53,973 nt of DNA from a virus (taxonomy: Duplodnaviria > Caudoviricetes). Position 1 is the first letter of the stretch; each line of letters opens with the position of its first letter. Under the pieces are notes generated by a model. The model worked only from the letters and a program-made list of their open reading frames with translations. It did no database searches and was not told where the DNA came from. Positions 1-6,643 of this stretch are shown piece after piece. The stretch is from positions 1 to 53,973 of IMG/VR virus record IMGVR_UViG_3300042294_003360; one strand, 5' to 3'. Position numbers and translations under genes: made by a program.

Positions 1-196
1 TATGAGTAGCAAGCATTCCAACCAAGACCCTGCTTGCTGCCCCCCGACACAGGCCCTGCATAGCAACCCATCAAGGACGCGAACGACGCGTGACCAACCC
101 CATAGCAGTGAGACAGCGAGTAGCGGCTGCCGAGTAGACCCTTCCCATAGGTCGATTTATCACCTGTGGGGCAACATAAGGGAGCTCGGTAGTGAC

Positions 197-252
197 GCGT
201 GTCCGCGACTACATTCGTCGCGCTGAAGATGGGGCAGCACCCCGAAACACGT
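197..252 (+). ncRNA. Hammerhead ribozyme, type III (HH0)
   Basis: GCGTG-TC | stem I CGCGAC/GTCGCG (204-222) | CTGAAGA (223-229) | extra T | stem II GGGG-cagca-CCCC | GAAA | CACGT. Predicted cleavage after C203 (GUC). Confidence 0.8.
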
Positions 253-264
253 AAACCGAACGAC

Positions 265-468
265 ATGAACTACGCACAGGCACTTAAAACGCTCCGCTTC
301 GCCAAAGAAATTTATGTTTATGTGGTCTACTCAAATGTCGGCACGTTCGTCAAACTTGACAAAACGGCCATCGTAAAGCAGTTCCTTGAAATGGATGAAG
401 AAGAGTTCGATGGCGTTGAATTCAATGTCCGCCTTGTGGACGATGGCACGACTGCTCTCATCGGTTGA
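265..468 (+). CDS. Small early hypothetical protein (MNYAQALK...)
   Basis: In-frame ATG at 265 of ORF 199..468, just after HH0. Confidence 0.75.
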   Translation: MNYAQALKTLRFAKEIYVYVVYSNVGTFVKLDKTAIVKQFLEMDEEEFDGVEFNVRLVDDGTTALIG

Positions 469-509
469 TGCAGATATACTGACATTACTTGGATGTCATT
501 TGACATTCT

Positions 510-548
510 ACCCTGCACTGGTTGGGCGGTTCGATTCCGCAGCAGGGT
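510..548 (+). ncRNA. Mini-tRNA-like element T1
   Basis: ACCCTGC/GCAGGGT stem, linker ACTGGTTGG, GCGG-TTCGATT-CCGC T-arm, followed by CTAAA. Confidence 0.8.
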
Positions 549-562
549 CTAAATTCATTCCC

Positions 563-733
563 ATGTACACCATCACGGAAGTGACACACTACATCACGGG
601 AGAGCGCGGATATGCCGTCATCGACGAAAACGGGATGTATGCCGATGGCGAGTTCTATTCCAGTGAGAGCGAGGCTCTTGCAGCAGCCGCTGACCTTGAG
701 TTGTATGATTCCCCCGCCCCACAGGTGAACTGA
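563..733 (+). CDS. Small acidic early hypothetical protein (MYTITEV...)
   Basis: ATG at 563. Its stop is the TGA within the CTGATGA core of HH1. Confidence 0.7.
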   Translation: MYTITEVTHYITGERGYAVIDENGMYADGEFYSSESEALAAAADLELYDSPAPQVN

Positions 734-775
734 TGAGGCTTTATGAGCCGAAACCGCCACATGGCGGTCTTCACC
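724..775 (+). ncRNA. Hammerhead ribozyme, type I (HH1)
   Basis: GGTGAA-CTGATGA-GGCT(ttatg)AGCC-GAAA-CCGCC(acat)GGCGG-TC-TTCACC. Canonical core, predicted cleavage after C769. Confidence 0.95.
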
Positions 776-788
776 AAAAAATACACGC

Positions 789-1079
789 ATGTCAAAATCA
801 GCAACCCCCTTCAAGCACAACAACGGGTTCTTTCGCTACATGGACTGCTCCACATGCCACATCCGCAAGGATGTAAGCAAATCCATCACGGACATTGAAT
901 CTCTCATCGTATATCCCCATGATTACGGATGGTGGGTCTTTGTTCCCGAGGAAATTTATGACGATGTACCCAAGTGCCTTCGTGACATCCTCTTTTACGC
1001 ACGGGGCGGCAACGCTCAGTGGGTCAAGTTGGATGTAGATGGATGGACATGGGACGCTCTGCCCAAGTATAATTGGTAG
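789..1079 (+). CDS. Early hypothetical protein
   Basis: 96-aa ORF starting 19 nt after the HH1 cleavage site. Confidence 0.8.
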   Translation: MSKSATPFKHNNGFFRYMDCSTCHIRKDVSKSITDIESLIVYPHDYGWWVFVPEEIYDDVPKCLRDILFYARGGNAQWVKLDVDGWTWDALPKYNW

Positions 1080-1093
1080 TCCACAGACCTACA

Positions 1094-1145
1094 GGTTAAC
1101 TGATGAGCGGTCAATCCGCGAAACCGCCCACGGGCGGTCTTAACC
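1094..1145 (+). ncRNA. Hammerhead ribozyme, type I (HH2)
   Basis: GGTTAA-CTGATGA-GCGG(tcaat)CCGC-GAAA-CCGCC(cacg)GGCGG-TC-TTAACC. Predicted cleavage after C1139. Confidence 0.95.
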
Positions 1146-1158
1146 AAAAAAACGCGCA

Positions 1159-1563
1159 ATGAAGTACGTAATCGTCCACACATGGAACGGAGAGGGCTAC
1201 TCTTCGGGAAACACCGCAGAGGTGATGGAGTTCTCTTCCGATGACAAGGCGCAGCAGTACATCGTCGAGCAGGCGCAGCAGGAAGCCAATGCGCTTGCTG
1301 AATTCACGGAAGAATGGGGCAATGTATCCTTCGACGATGACGAAGACCAAGGCTCGGTTCAATGGTTCGCGTTCACCACCGACACCTATGGGGTGGTCAT
1401 CCGAACCAACGTCAACGAGGCGCAACTCGTGAACGAGCAGGAGTACCACGAGCAGCTGAAGGCAGCCCTCGCGCAGGCCGACCCCGAGGAGGAGGTTGAG
1501 GATGAGAATCCGTTCATCTCCGCGTACGATGGGGAGTACGATTATCAGTTCATCAAGTTCTGA
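1159..1563 (+). CDS. Highly acidic early hypothetical protein
   Basis: 134-aa D/E-rich ORF, 19 nt after the HH2 cleavage site. Confidence 0.85.
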   Translation: MKYVIVHTWNGEGYSSGNTAEVMEFSSDDKAQQYIVEQAQQEANALAEFTEEWGNVSFDDDEDQGSVQWFAFTTDTYGVVIRTNVNEAQLVNEQEYHEQLKAALAQADPEEEVEDENPFISAYDGEYDYQFIKF

Positions 1564-1578
1564 TTCCCCCGACCCACA

Positions 1579-1628
1579 GGTTAACTGACGAGCCTTCAGT
1601 AGGCGAAACCCCTTCGGGGGTCTTAACC
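1579..1628 (+). ncRNA. Hammerhead ribozyme, type I (HH3)
   Basis: GGTTAA-CTGACGA-GCCT(tcagt)AGGC-GAAA-CCCC(ttcg)GGGG-TC-TTAACC. Predicted cleavage after C1622. Confidence 0.95.
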
Positions 1629-1642
1629 ATAAAAAACGCGCC

Positions 1643-1822
1643 ATGAGCAAACGCAAAAGCTACCTGCTGATTGCCGCCATCATCATCTTGGCGGCTCTCG
1701 CGGACAACCTGTCCGACAATCCGCAGGATCACCCAAAAGAGCCTGCGCACACCTGCACCGATACAACCCACGCCACCTGCGATGGGCAGTGCCAGTGTGA
1801 TGGAATGGAATGCACGGAGTGA
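1643..1822 (+). CDS. 59-aa protein with hydrophobic N-terminus and Cys-rich C-terminus (not in ORF track)
   Basis: MSKRKSYLLIAAIIILAALA...CTDTTHATCDGQCQCDGMECTE*, 20 nt after the HH3 cleavage site. Confidence 0.75.
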   Translation: MSKRKSYLLIAAIIILAALADNLSDNPQDHPKEPAHTCTDTTHATCDGQCQCDGMECTE

Positions 1823-1855
1823 TGGTCTTCGGTCGGTTCGACTCCGACCGCTCCG
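1815..1855 (+). ncRNA. Mini-tRNA-like element T2
   Basis: CGGAGT/GCTCCG, linker GATGGTCTTC, GGTCGG-TTCGACT-CCGACC, then CTAAA. Confidence 0.8.
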
Positions 1856-1894
1856 CTAAACTGCGCTGCACAGAATCATGCAGCACCGCGCACC

Positions 1895-2068
1895 ATGGAA
1901 CAAGTAAAAAAAGCCGCCATCACGGCACAACTAAAGAACCTCGAAGAGGCGTATGCCATCCTCGAGCAGTGGGCCACATCAGTAGGTGGTGACGAGGTAG
2001 CAAAAGAGGCCAACTCCATTTGGCAGAGGGCTATCCTCGATTTGTTGGCCGCAATGGATGGCGAATAG
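1895..2068 (+). CDS. 57-aa early hypothetical protein (MEQVKKAA...; not in ORF track)
   Basis: ATG 1895 to TAG 2068, filling the slot between T2 and T3. Confidence 0.75.
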   Translation: MEQVKKAAITAQLKNLEEAYAILEQWATSVGGDEVAKEANSIWQRAILDLLAAMDGE

Positions 2069-2077
2069 CCCCCCCCC

Positions 2078-2122
2078 AACCTGCTCCCGCAGAGGGCAGC
2101 CAGTTCGTGACTGGCGCAGGTT
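2078..2122 (+). ncRNA. Mini-tRNA-like element T3
   Basis: AACCTGC/GCAGGTT, linker with mini-stem CCC-gcaga-GGG, GCCAG-TTCGTGA-CTGGC. Preceded by a poly-C tract. Confidence 0.75.
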
Positions 2123-2133
2123 CAAAAAAAGCT

Positions 2134-2165
2134 TTTGCAGTTTTCCACAAACCATTCTACATTTG
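2134..2165 (+). promoter_or_regulatory. Bacteroidota primary-sigma promoter
   Basis: TTTG (2134-2137), 20-nt spacer, TACATTTG (2158-2165). Matches the -33/-7 consensus TTTG-N19-21-TAnnTTTG. Confidence 0.75.
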
Positions 2166-2181
2166 TCAAAAATCACCCACC

Positions 2182-2517
2182 ATGAACACCTACAAGTTCC
2201 AATTCAAGTCCAAGTCGGGCACTTGGGCAGACGTTCACACGATGAACTTCTACGCCGCGAATCTTGACGATGCCGTCAAGCAGGCCAACCTGTACAAGTC
2301 GCAGCACGACATCGTCCACATGATGTTCCTGTCCGTTAGTGATGTTCGCAGAACCATCTCGGTTGGCGAACTTATCGACCGGCTGATGCAGGTAGAGGAC
2401 AAGTCGCTCCCTGTGTTCATCTACAACGATGGCGAAAGGCACGAGTTGTGCGAGTCCGTCCCTGTGGATGACACAATCGAGGGGCAGGTCGATATCAATG
2501 TAAAGATCGAGAACTGA
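2182..2517 (+). CDS. Early hypothetical protein (MNTYKFQF...)
   Basis: In-frame ATG 2182 of ORF 2020..2517. Confidence 0.8.
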   Translation: MNTYKFQFKSKSGTWADVHTMNFYAANLDDAVKQANLYKSQHDIVHMMFLSVSDVRRTISVGELIDRLMQVEDKSLPVFIYNDGERHELCESVPVDDTIEGQVDINVKIEN

Positions 2518-2553
2518 TTGGATGCAGGCGGGGTTCGACTCCCCGCCCAGTTC
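2511..2553 (+). ncRNA. Mini-tRNA-like element T4
   Basis: GAACTG/CAGTTC, linker ATTGGATGCA, GGCGGGG-TTCGACT-CCCCGCC, then CTAAA. Confidence 0.85.
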
Positions 2554-2567
2554 CTAAACTATCCACC

Positions 2568-2834
2568 ATGAAGCGCATCAGCAAGCAAGCAAAAGCCATC
2601 GCGGACGCCCACATTGAGGCCCGCAAGTCCGGCAACTTTGACAACCCTCGCTGCACCACCCGAGATGAGGTCATAGCTGCCCTCCGCGAGGGCAAGACCA
2701 TCGAGGCCGTCCTCGATCAAGTGGAGACCAAGTTCACCTCCATCCATGCCATCATCCTGTCAAGGGTTCTCTTCCATGAGAGCCACAACTACAGGTCGGG
2801 AGTCTACAAGGGTTTCCGTATCCTGCTCGACTGA
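2568..2834 (+). CDS. Early hypothetical protein
   Basis: 88-aa ORF between T4 and T5. Confidence 0.8.
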   Translation: MKRISKQAKAIADAHIEARKSGNFDNPRCTTRDEVIAALREGKTIEAVLDQVETKFTSIHAIILSRVLFHESHNYRSGVYKGFRILLD

Positions 2835-2841
2835 TTCCCCC

Positions 2842-2885
2842 GAACTGCTATGGTATCCGATCGGGTTCGACTCCCGATGCAGTTC
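2842..2885 (+). ncRNA. Mini-tRNA-like element T5
   Basis: GAACTGC/GCAGTTC, linker TATGGTATCCG, ATCGGG-TTCGACT-CCCGAT, then CTAAA. Confidence 0.85.
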
Positions 2886-2900
2886 CTAAACTACACCACC

Positions 2901-3080
2901 ATGACACACGAAAATGTCAGCACCGCGTCCGGCCTCACCGAAGAGCAGAAGAAGGTCATCCTGTATGCCTACCTCGACCTCAAAGGTTCGATGGAATCTC
3001 CCAACGACCACGATTACGATGGTCAGAAGCAGACCATCAAGGAACTTGAGGAGATGTTCCCCTTCGTCAAGGAGGCATAG
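2901..3080 (+). CDS. Small early hypothetical protein (MTHENVST...)
   Basis: In-frame ATG 2901. Confidence 0.8.
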   Translation: MTHENVSTASGLTEEQKKVILYAYLDLKGSMESPNDHDYDGQKQTIKELEEMFPFVKEA

Positions 3081-3088
3081 TCCCCCCC

Positions 3089-3134
3089 GAACTGATAGCA
3101 TAGGGCGCAGGCGGTTCGACTCCGCCATCAGTTC
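3089..3134 (+). ncRNA. Mini-tRNA-like element T6
   Basis: GAACTGAT/ATCAGTTC, linker AGCATAGGGCGCA, GGCGG-TTCGACT-CCGCC. Confidence 0.85.
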
Positions 3135-3153
3135 CTCAACAAACCAAACACGC

Positions 3154-3549
3154 ATGAAACACATGAACGACATCGACGGCAACATCCTCCGCAAAGGAGA
3201 CTCTGTAGTAGTACTTGATACCTCCGAACTGGAAGGCGAGACGCCCATCCGAGGCATGCTCCTGCATGTGGCAGGAGGTGACCCCGAATCCAACTACATC
3301 GACTTCGGTTCGTACGGATTCTACGGCCACCGGGTTCTCAAAATAAAGGGGAATCTCTACCCCACTGACTACGTCATCTTCGATGGCACGGACGCGGTCC
3401 GTTTCAGCAACGGAGACATCATCGTCTATTCCGACATGATGGAGGCGGTTCGCGACTCCGAAGGGGTTGTAGGTTGGGGCGTCACCCCCTGCACCTCTCT
3501 CCCTGTACACCTACAGGAGGAATTGCGCAGGCAGGTGGCGCAGAACTGA
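3154..3549 (+). CDS. Early hypothetical protein (MKHMNDID...)
   Basis: In-frame ATG 3154 of ORF 2914..3549. Confidence 0.8.
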   Translation: MKHMNDIDGNILRKGDSVVVLDTSELEGETPIRGMLLHVAGGDPESNYIDFGSYGFYGHRVLKIKGNLYPTDYVIFDGTDAVRFSNGDIIVYSDMMEAVRDSEGVVGWGVTPCTSLPVHLQEELRRQVAQN

Positions 3550-3556
3550 TCCCCCC

Positions 3557-3602
3557 GAACTGGCAGGAAAGACCGAACGCAGAGCGATACTGCGGCCAGT
3601 TC
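3557..3602 (+). ncRNA. Mini-tRNA-like element T7 (variant loop)
   Basis: GAACTGGC/GCCAGTTC, linker AGGAAAGACCGAA, CGCAG-AGCGATA-CTGCG, then CTAAA. Confidence 0.7.
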
Positions 3603-3617
3603 CTAAAACCAAACACC

Positions 3618-4058
3618 ATGAAGTACACGCACAGGATTACGGCAAGCGTCCCGACCATTTATCAGTACGGCAGCATCAACAGGCTGATGGCAGCCGATGT
3701 AAAGAAATGGCCGGACGGCTCGTTCCACGCCCACATCGACTTCCTCGACTACGAGTCGGCAGAGCTTCACCTTCTCGCCCTCGCCATCAAACTGGCAGAG
3801 AACGACAAGGAGCAGGAGGCGATGGAGGAGGAGGTTCAGAGGTATGGTCAGCTGACATACGACAACTGCACCGCCAATCTCGTGGAGATCGACTACCCTT
3901 GGGCCGTCGAAATCCGCAGCAACGGCGAGGTTCTCGGAGAGTTTGAAACCTACGAGGAGGCGGCGGCCTACCTGCATGAACAGGAGCAGGATGACAGGGA
4001 CAACGACCAGTACGAGGAGGACTACTACTACCTCCGCAGGGTCGGTTGGCCGGCATGA
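3618..4058 (+). CDS. Acidic early hypothetical protein (MKYTHRIT...)
   Basis: In-frame ATG 3618 of ORF 3474..4058. Confidence 0.8.
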   Translation: MKYTHRITASVPTIYQYGSINRLMAADVKKWPDGSFHAHIDFLDYESAELHLLALAIKLAENDKEQEAMEEEVQRYGQLTYDNCTANLVEIDYPWAVEIRSNGEVLGEFETYEEAAAYLHEQEQDDRDNDQYEEDYYYLRRVGWPA

Positions 4059-4059
4059 C

Positions 4060-4100
4060 AGGGCGATGGTCGCAGGGGAGGCTCGACTCCTCCCCGCCCT
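4060..4100 (+). ncRNA. Mini-tRNA-like element T8
   Basis: AGGGC/GCCCT, linker GATGGTCGCA, GGGGAGG-CTCGACT-CCTCCCC, then TCTAAA. Confidence 0.8.
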
Positions 4101-4116
4101 TCTAAATCAACACACC

Positions 4117-4530
4117 ATGAACATGGGAATCTCAAGGGTTGAAGGCCACCCCGACGAATTGGTCTTGAAGTACAACCAGTACCTGCACACATTAGGTACT
4201 GAAAAAATGCTGGCTGCTATGGAGAGGTTCATCGTAAGTGACGCGATGCCCGAACTGATTGGGCACATACAGGACGAGGTCTTCGCAGACCTGTCAAGTA
4301 TGGTCTATGCCCTCGACGAGGGGTGGGTTCTTACCTACACAAGCACGGACACATACCGACTTGAAAAGGAGGACGGCTCGGACAGGTTCGCATCTGATGC
4401 ACAGGCAGTCGAGCACGTCTACAGGGAGGCGTTCTACGGATCGAAAATCCACAAGGAGGCGGTAGCATTCATGGCTGCCCATGCGACACCCGATGAGATT
4501 AAATTCATCGCGCGGTGCGCAAGCGTCTGA
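4117..4530 (+). CDS. Early hypothetical protein (MNMGISRV...)
   Basis: In-frame ATG 4117 of ORF 3943..4530. Confidence 0.8.
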   Translation: MNMGISRVEGHPDELVLKYNQYLHTLGTEKMLAAMERFIVSDAMPELIGHIQDEVFADLSSMVYALDEGWVLTYTSTDTYRLEKEDGSDRFASDAQAVEHVYREAFYGSKIHKEAVAFMAAHATPDEIKFIARCASV

Positions 4531-4573
4531 CAGGGCGATGGTCGCAGGAGGGGTTCGTCTCCCCTCCGCCCTG
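4531..4573 (+). ncRNA. Mini-tRNA-like element T9
   Basis: CAGGGC/GCCCTG, linker GATGGTCGCA, GGAGGGG-TTCGTCT-CCCCTCC, then CTAAA. Confidence 0.8.
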
Positions 4574-4610
4574 CTAAACTGAGTCCGGCAGCATCCGGAC
4601 ATCAACAACC

Positions 4611-4814
4611 ATGACAAACAGAGACAAAGACCTGCTCGAGGTGCTGTACCTCTTCCTCGAGCAGAACGAGGCCAAGCTCCGCGAGGAGTACGAAGAGGTT
4701 CGGGAGGGTCTTGAGGCCATGAACCACCCGATGACCTACCCGCAGTTCTGCGTGACCATGTTTACCGGATTCATGGAGGACAAACAGGTCAACATCACCT
4801 CACAATTAAACTGA
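4611..4814 (+). CDS. Small early hypothetical protein
   Basis: 67-aa ORF after T9. Confidence 0.8.
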   Translation: MTNRDKDLLEVLYLFLEQNEAKLREEYEEVREGLEAMNHPMTYPQFCVTMFTGFMEDKQVNITSQLN

Positions 4815-4815
4815 C

Positions 4816-4905
4816 ATGTACGCAGCAACCATCGCACTCATCATCATCGCAGCAGCCGCAGCAGCCAAGGGTCTCAACGGCCCGGAGGACATCACCAAAT
4901 ACTGA
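4816..4905 (+). CDS. 29-aa hydrophobic peptide (MYAATIALIIIAAAAAAKG...)
   Basis: ATG 1 nt after the previous stop, ends just before a terminator hairpin. Confidence 0.5.
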   Translation: MYAATIALIIIAAAAAAKGLNGPEDITKY

Positions 4906-4911
4906 ACACAA

Positions 4912-4947
4912 CCCCCGAGGGTTACACTTCGGGGGCGTTCATTTTTT
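4912..4947 (+). terminator. Intrinsic terminator closing the early cassette array
   Basis: CCCCCGAGG-gttaca-CTTCGGGGG hairpin, then TTTTTT after a short gap. Confidence 0.6.
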
Positions 4948-4959
4948 AAAAAAGAAAAC

Positions 4960-5157
4960 ATGCAAGACTTAACATTCGAGCAGTGGCTCGTTCACATCAG
5001 ACGCGAATTAGGTTACCAACCCGAAATGATCAAAAGGTATGAAGCAGCAATCGGAACTACGCAAGGTATTCAGAGCGGTACACAACGCCCTGCAAGAACT
5101 GGAAGGAATGACTCCAAGCAAAAGAAAAAAGACCATCCTGTCGCTGATGGAGATTAA
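4960..5157 (+). CDS. Hypothetical protein
   Basis: ATG after an A-rich leader. Overlaps the next ORF. Confidence 0.55.
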   Translation: MQDLTFEQWLVHIRRELGYQPEMIKRYEAAIGTTQGIQSGTQRPARTGRNDSKQKKKDHPVADGD

Positions 5158-5239
5158 CATGGACTTGGAAGAAAAGATTATCGAACATCTAAACAAATCC
5201 AATGAGAGAGTATCAGAAGATTCGCCAGTACATTCTTGA
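5039..5239 (+). CDS. Hypothetical protein
   Basis: 66-aa helical-looking ORF. Confidence 0.6.
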   Translation: MKQQSELRKVFRAVHNALQELEGMTPSKRKKTILSLMEINMDLEEKIIEHLNKSNERVSEDSPVHS

Positions 5240-5546
5240 GAAGTACCTCATCGACATCAACGACAGGTGCAGGGCTTTGCCTCGAGCCTATCTGAAGGCC
5301 ATCGCAAGCAATGTCCTCAACAAGATGTACGACTTTAACCACGCACAGATATCAGCATGGCTCGGCATCCACCGAACCACCATCTACCACTACCTCGAGC
5401 ATCACGATGGGAAGTACCAGTGCCATCCCGGCTATGGAGAGATGTTCGATGACGTGTGGGGATACATGATGGGGCAGCCGGACATCGTGGTCAATCTAAA
5501 CGAGATAAAGCAAATCCTATGCGATACATTCGGGACGGAAGAGTAA
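5202..5546 (+). CDS. HTH DNA-binding protein resembling the DnaA C-terminal domain
   Basis: AQISAWLGIHRTTIYHY resembles the DnaA domain IV HTH (EIG..FGGRDHTTV.HA). Confidence 0.6.
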   Translation: MREYQKIRQYILEKYLIDINDRCRALPRAYLKAIASNVLNKMYDFNHAQISAWLGIHRTTIYHYLEHHDGKYQCHPGYGEMFDDVWGYMMGQPDIVVNLNEIKQILCDTFGTEE

Positions 5547-6634
5547 TCGTCGTGAAGGACGGAATGACGCACGACACAGGCATCCGCGCGTATCACCACA
5601 GGTTCGGCAGCAGGGGGTGTTTCCTTGGCGAATTCTCCTACACCCAATGGGCGAACACGGCCATCGACAAGTTCTCCAATGGAGAACCGATAGGCGAATG
5701 GAAGGACGATTCAATCGGTGGGTACTGCGAGAGGTACGTGCATCAAATGCACACAGGGGAGATTCGTTCCAACAGGGGGACGCCCTACTCGGCCAACTCC
5801 ATCAAGACCTACTCCAACGCAGCCTCCTGCCTATACAGGTACGGCAAAGGAATCCGACTGGACTCCGACAGGAAAGCCTACAGGGAATTCTTCAAGTCAT
5901 TCGAGCATTGGCTCGAGCGTTCGATGAATGCCAAGAGTAGGTTCGAGATCGTGAACGCCATCCGCATCATGGTTCGTTACTGGTGCAGGGAGTTAGACCT
6001 GCCCATCCCGGAGACACACCGCATGGCCAAGACCGAGAAGCCCATCGTGGTCGTTCCCCCCGAACTGATATCCAAGGTGGTCAGCGATGACAGGTTCATG
6101 GGCACTCTCATCCAACCCCATTGGGAGGTGGCGGTGACCATCCTTCTGACCACGCTTCGCCTTTCGGACATCCAGTCGCTGCGACCCGAGCATCTCGAGG
6201 GTGGGTTCATCGTGAAGGACACACAAAAGACCGGGCAGAGGGTGACCATCCCGATCCCCGAGAGGCTGCGTGAAATCTTCAGCCGAAACCTAAAGAACGG
6301 GAGCCTGTGGTCGGGCCCGATCGACAACATCCATGGCGGTCTGAAGTTGGTTTTCCAAAAGTATCCCGAGATGTGGGAGATGCACACCGCAGGGGTTACC
6401 CAGTACCTGTGGGAATTCGTCACCCCCCACATGCTGCGAAAGTCAGCCATCACAGGTCTGATTTTTTTCGGGGTGGATCACATCAGTGTCCGCCATGCCT
6501 CCGGCCACAGCCAAAACTCTTCCGCATTTTGGAAGTACGTCAAGGTCGTGGACTCAAGGTTCAAGTCAGCCATCTCGGACGGGCATGCTGCGATGTTGAA
6601 AACTATTTCCACAACCAGTTCGCAACCTTCCTAA
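5519..6634 (+). CDS. Tyrosine recombinase/integrase family protein
   Basis: Catalytic set: TTLRLSD (R), QKTG (K), HMLRKS (HxxR), SGHS (H), WKYV (Y). Start uncertain. Confidence 0.85.
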   Translation: MRYIRDGRVIVVKDGMTHDTGIRAYHHRFGSRGCFLGEFSYTQWANTAIDKFSNGEPIGEWKDDSIGGYCERYVHQMHTGEIRSNRGTPYSANSIKTYSNAASCLYRYGKGIRLDSDRKAYREFFKSFEHWLERSMNAKSRFEIVNAIRIMVRYWCRELDLPIPETHRMAKTEKPIVVVPPELISKVVSDDRFMGTLIQPHWEVAVTILLTTLRLSDIQSLRPEHLEGGFIVKDTQKTGQRVTIPIPERLREIFSRNLKNGSLWSGPIDNIHGGLKLVFQKYPEMWEMHTAGVTQYLWEFVTPHMLRKSAITGLIFFGVDHISVRHASGHSQNSSAFWKYVKVVDSRFKSAISDGHAAMLKTISTTSSQPS

Positions 6635-6639
6635 CTTTG
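6632..6639 (+). promoter_or_regulatory. Bacteroidota -7 promoter box
   Basis: TAACTTTG, 4 nt before ATG 6644. Confidence 0.55.
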
Positions 6640-6643
6640 GAAC

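Noticed and set aside
2-226. 74-aa ORF at the window start
   Set aside because: The composition is not protein-like, and it overlaps predicted RNA helices and HH0.
480-506. TGACAT-N7-ATGTCA palindrome with an extra TGACAT
   Set aside because: It could be an operator, but I saw only one instance, so support is insufficient.
510-4573. Early intergenic repeats as a CRISPR array, attC sites or terminators
   Set aside because: The spacers are whole genes, the repeats conserve RNA pairing rather than sequence, there are no cas genes or attC R/L boxes, and the stems are followed by A-rich rather than U-rich tails.
510-4573. T1-T9 as true tRNA genes
   Set aside because: They are only about 40-46 nt long, with no anticodon arm and no CCA.
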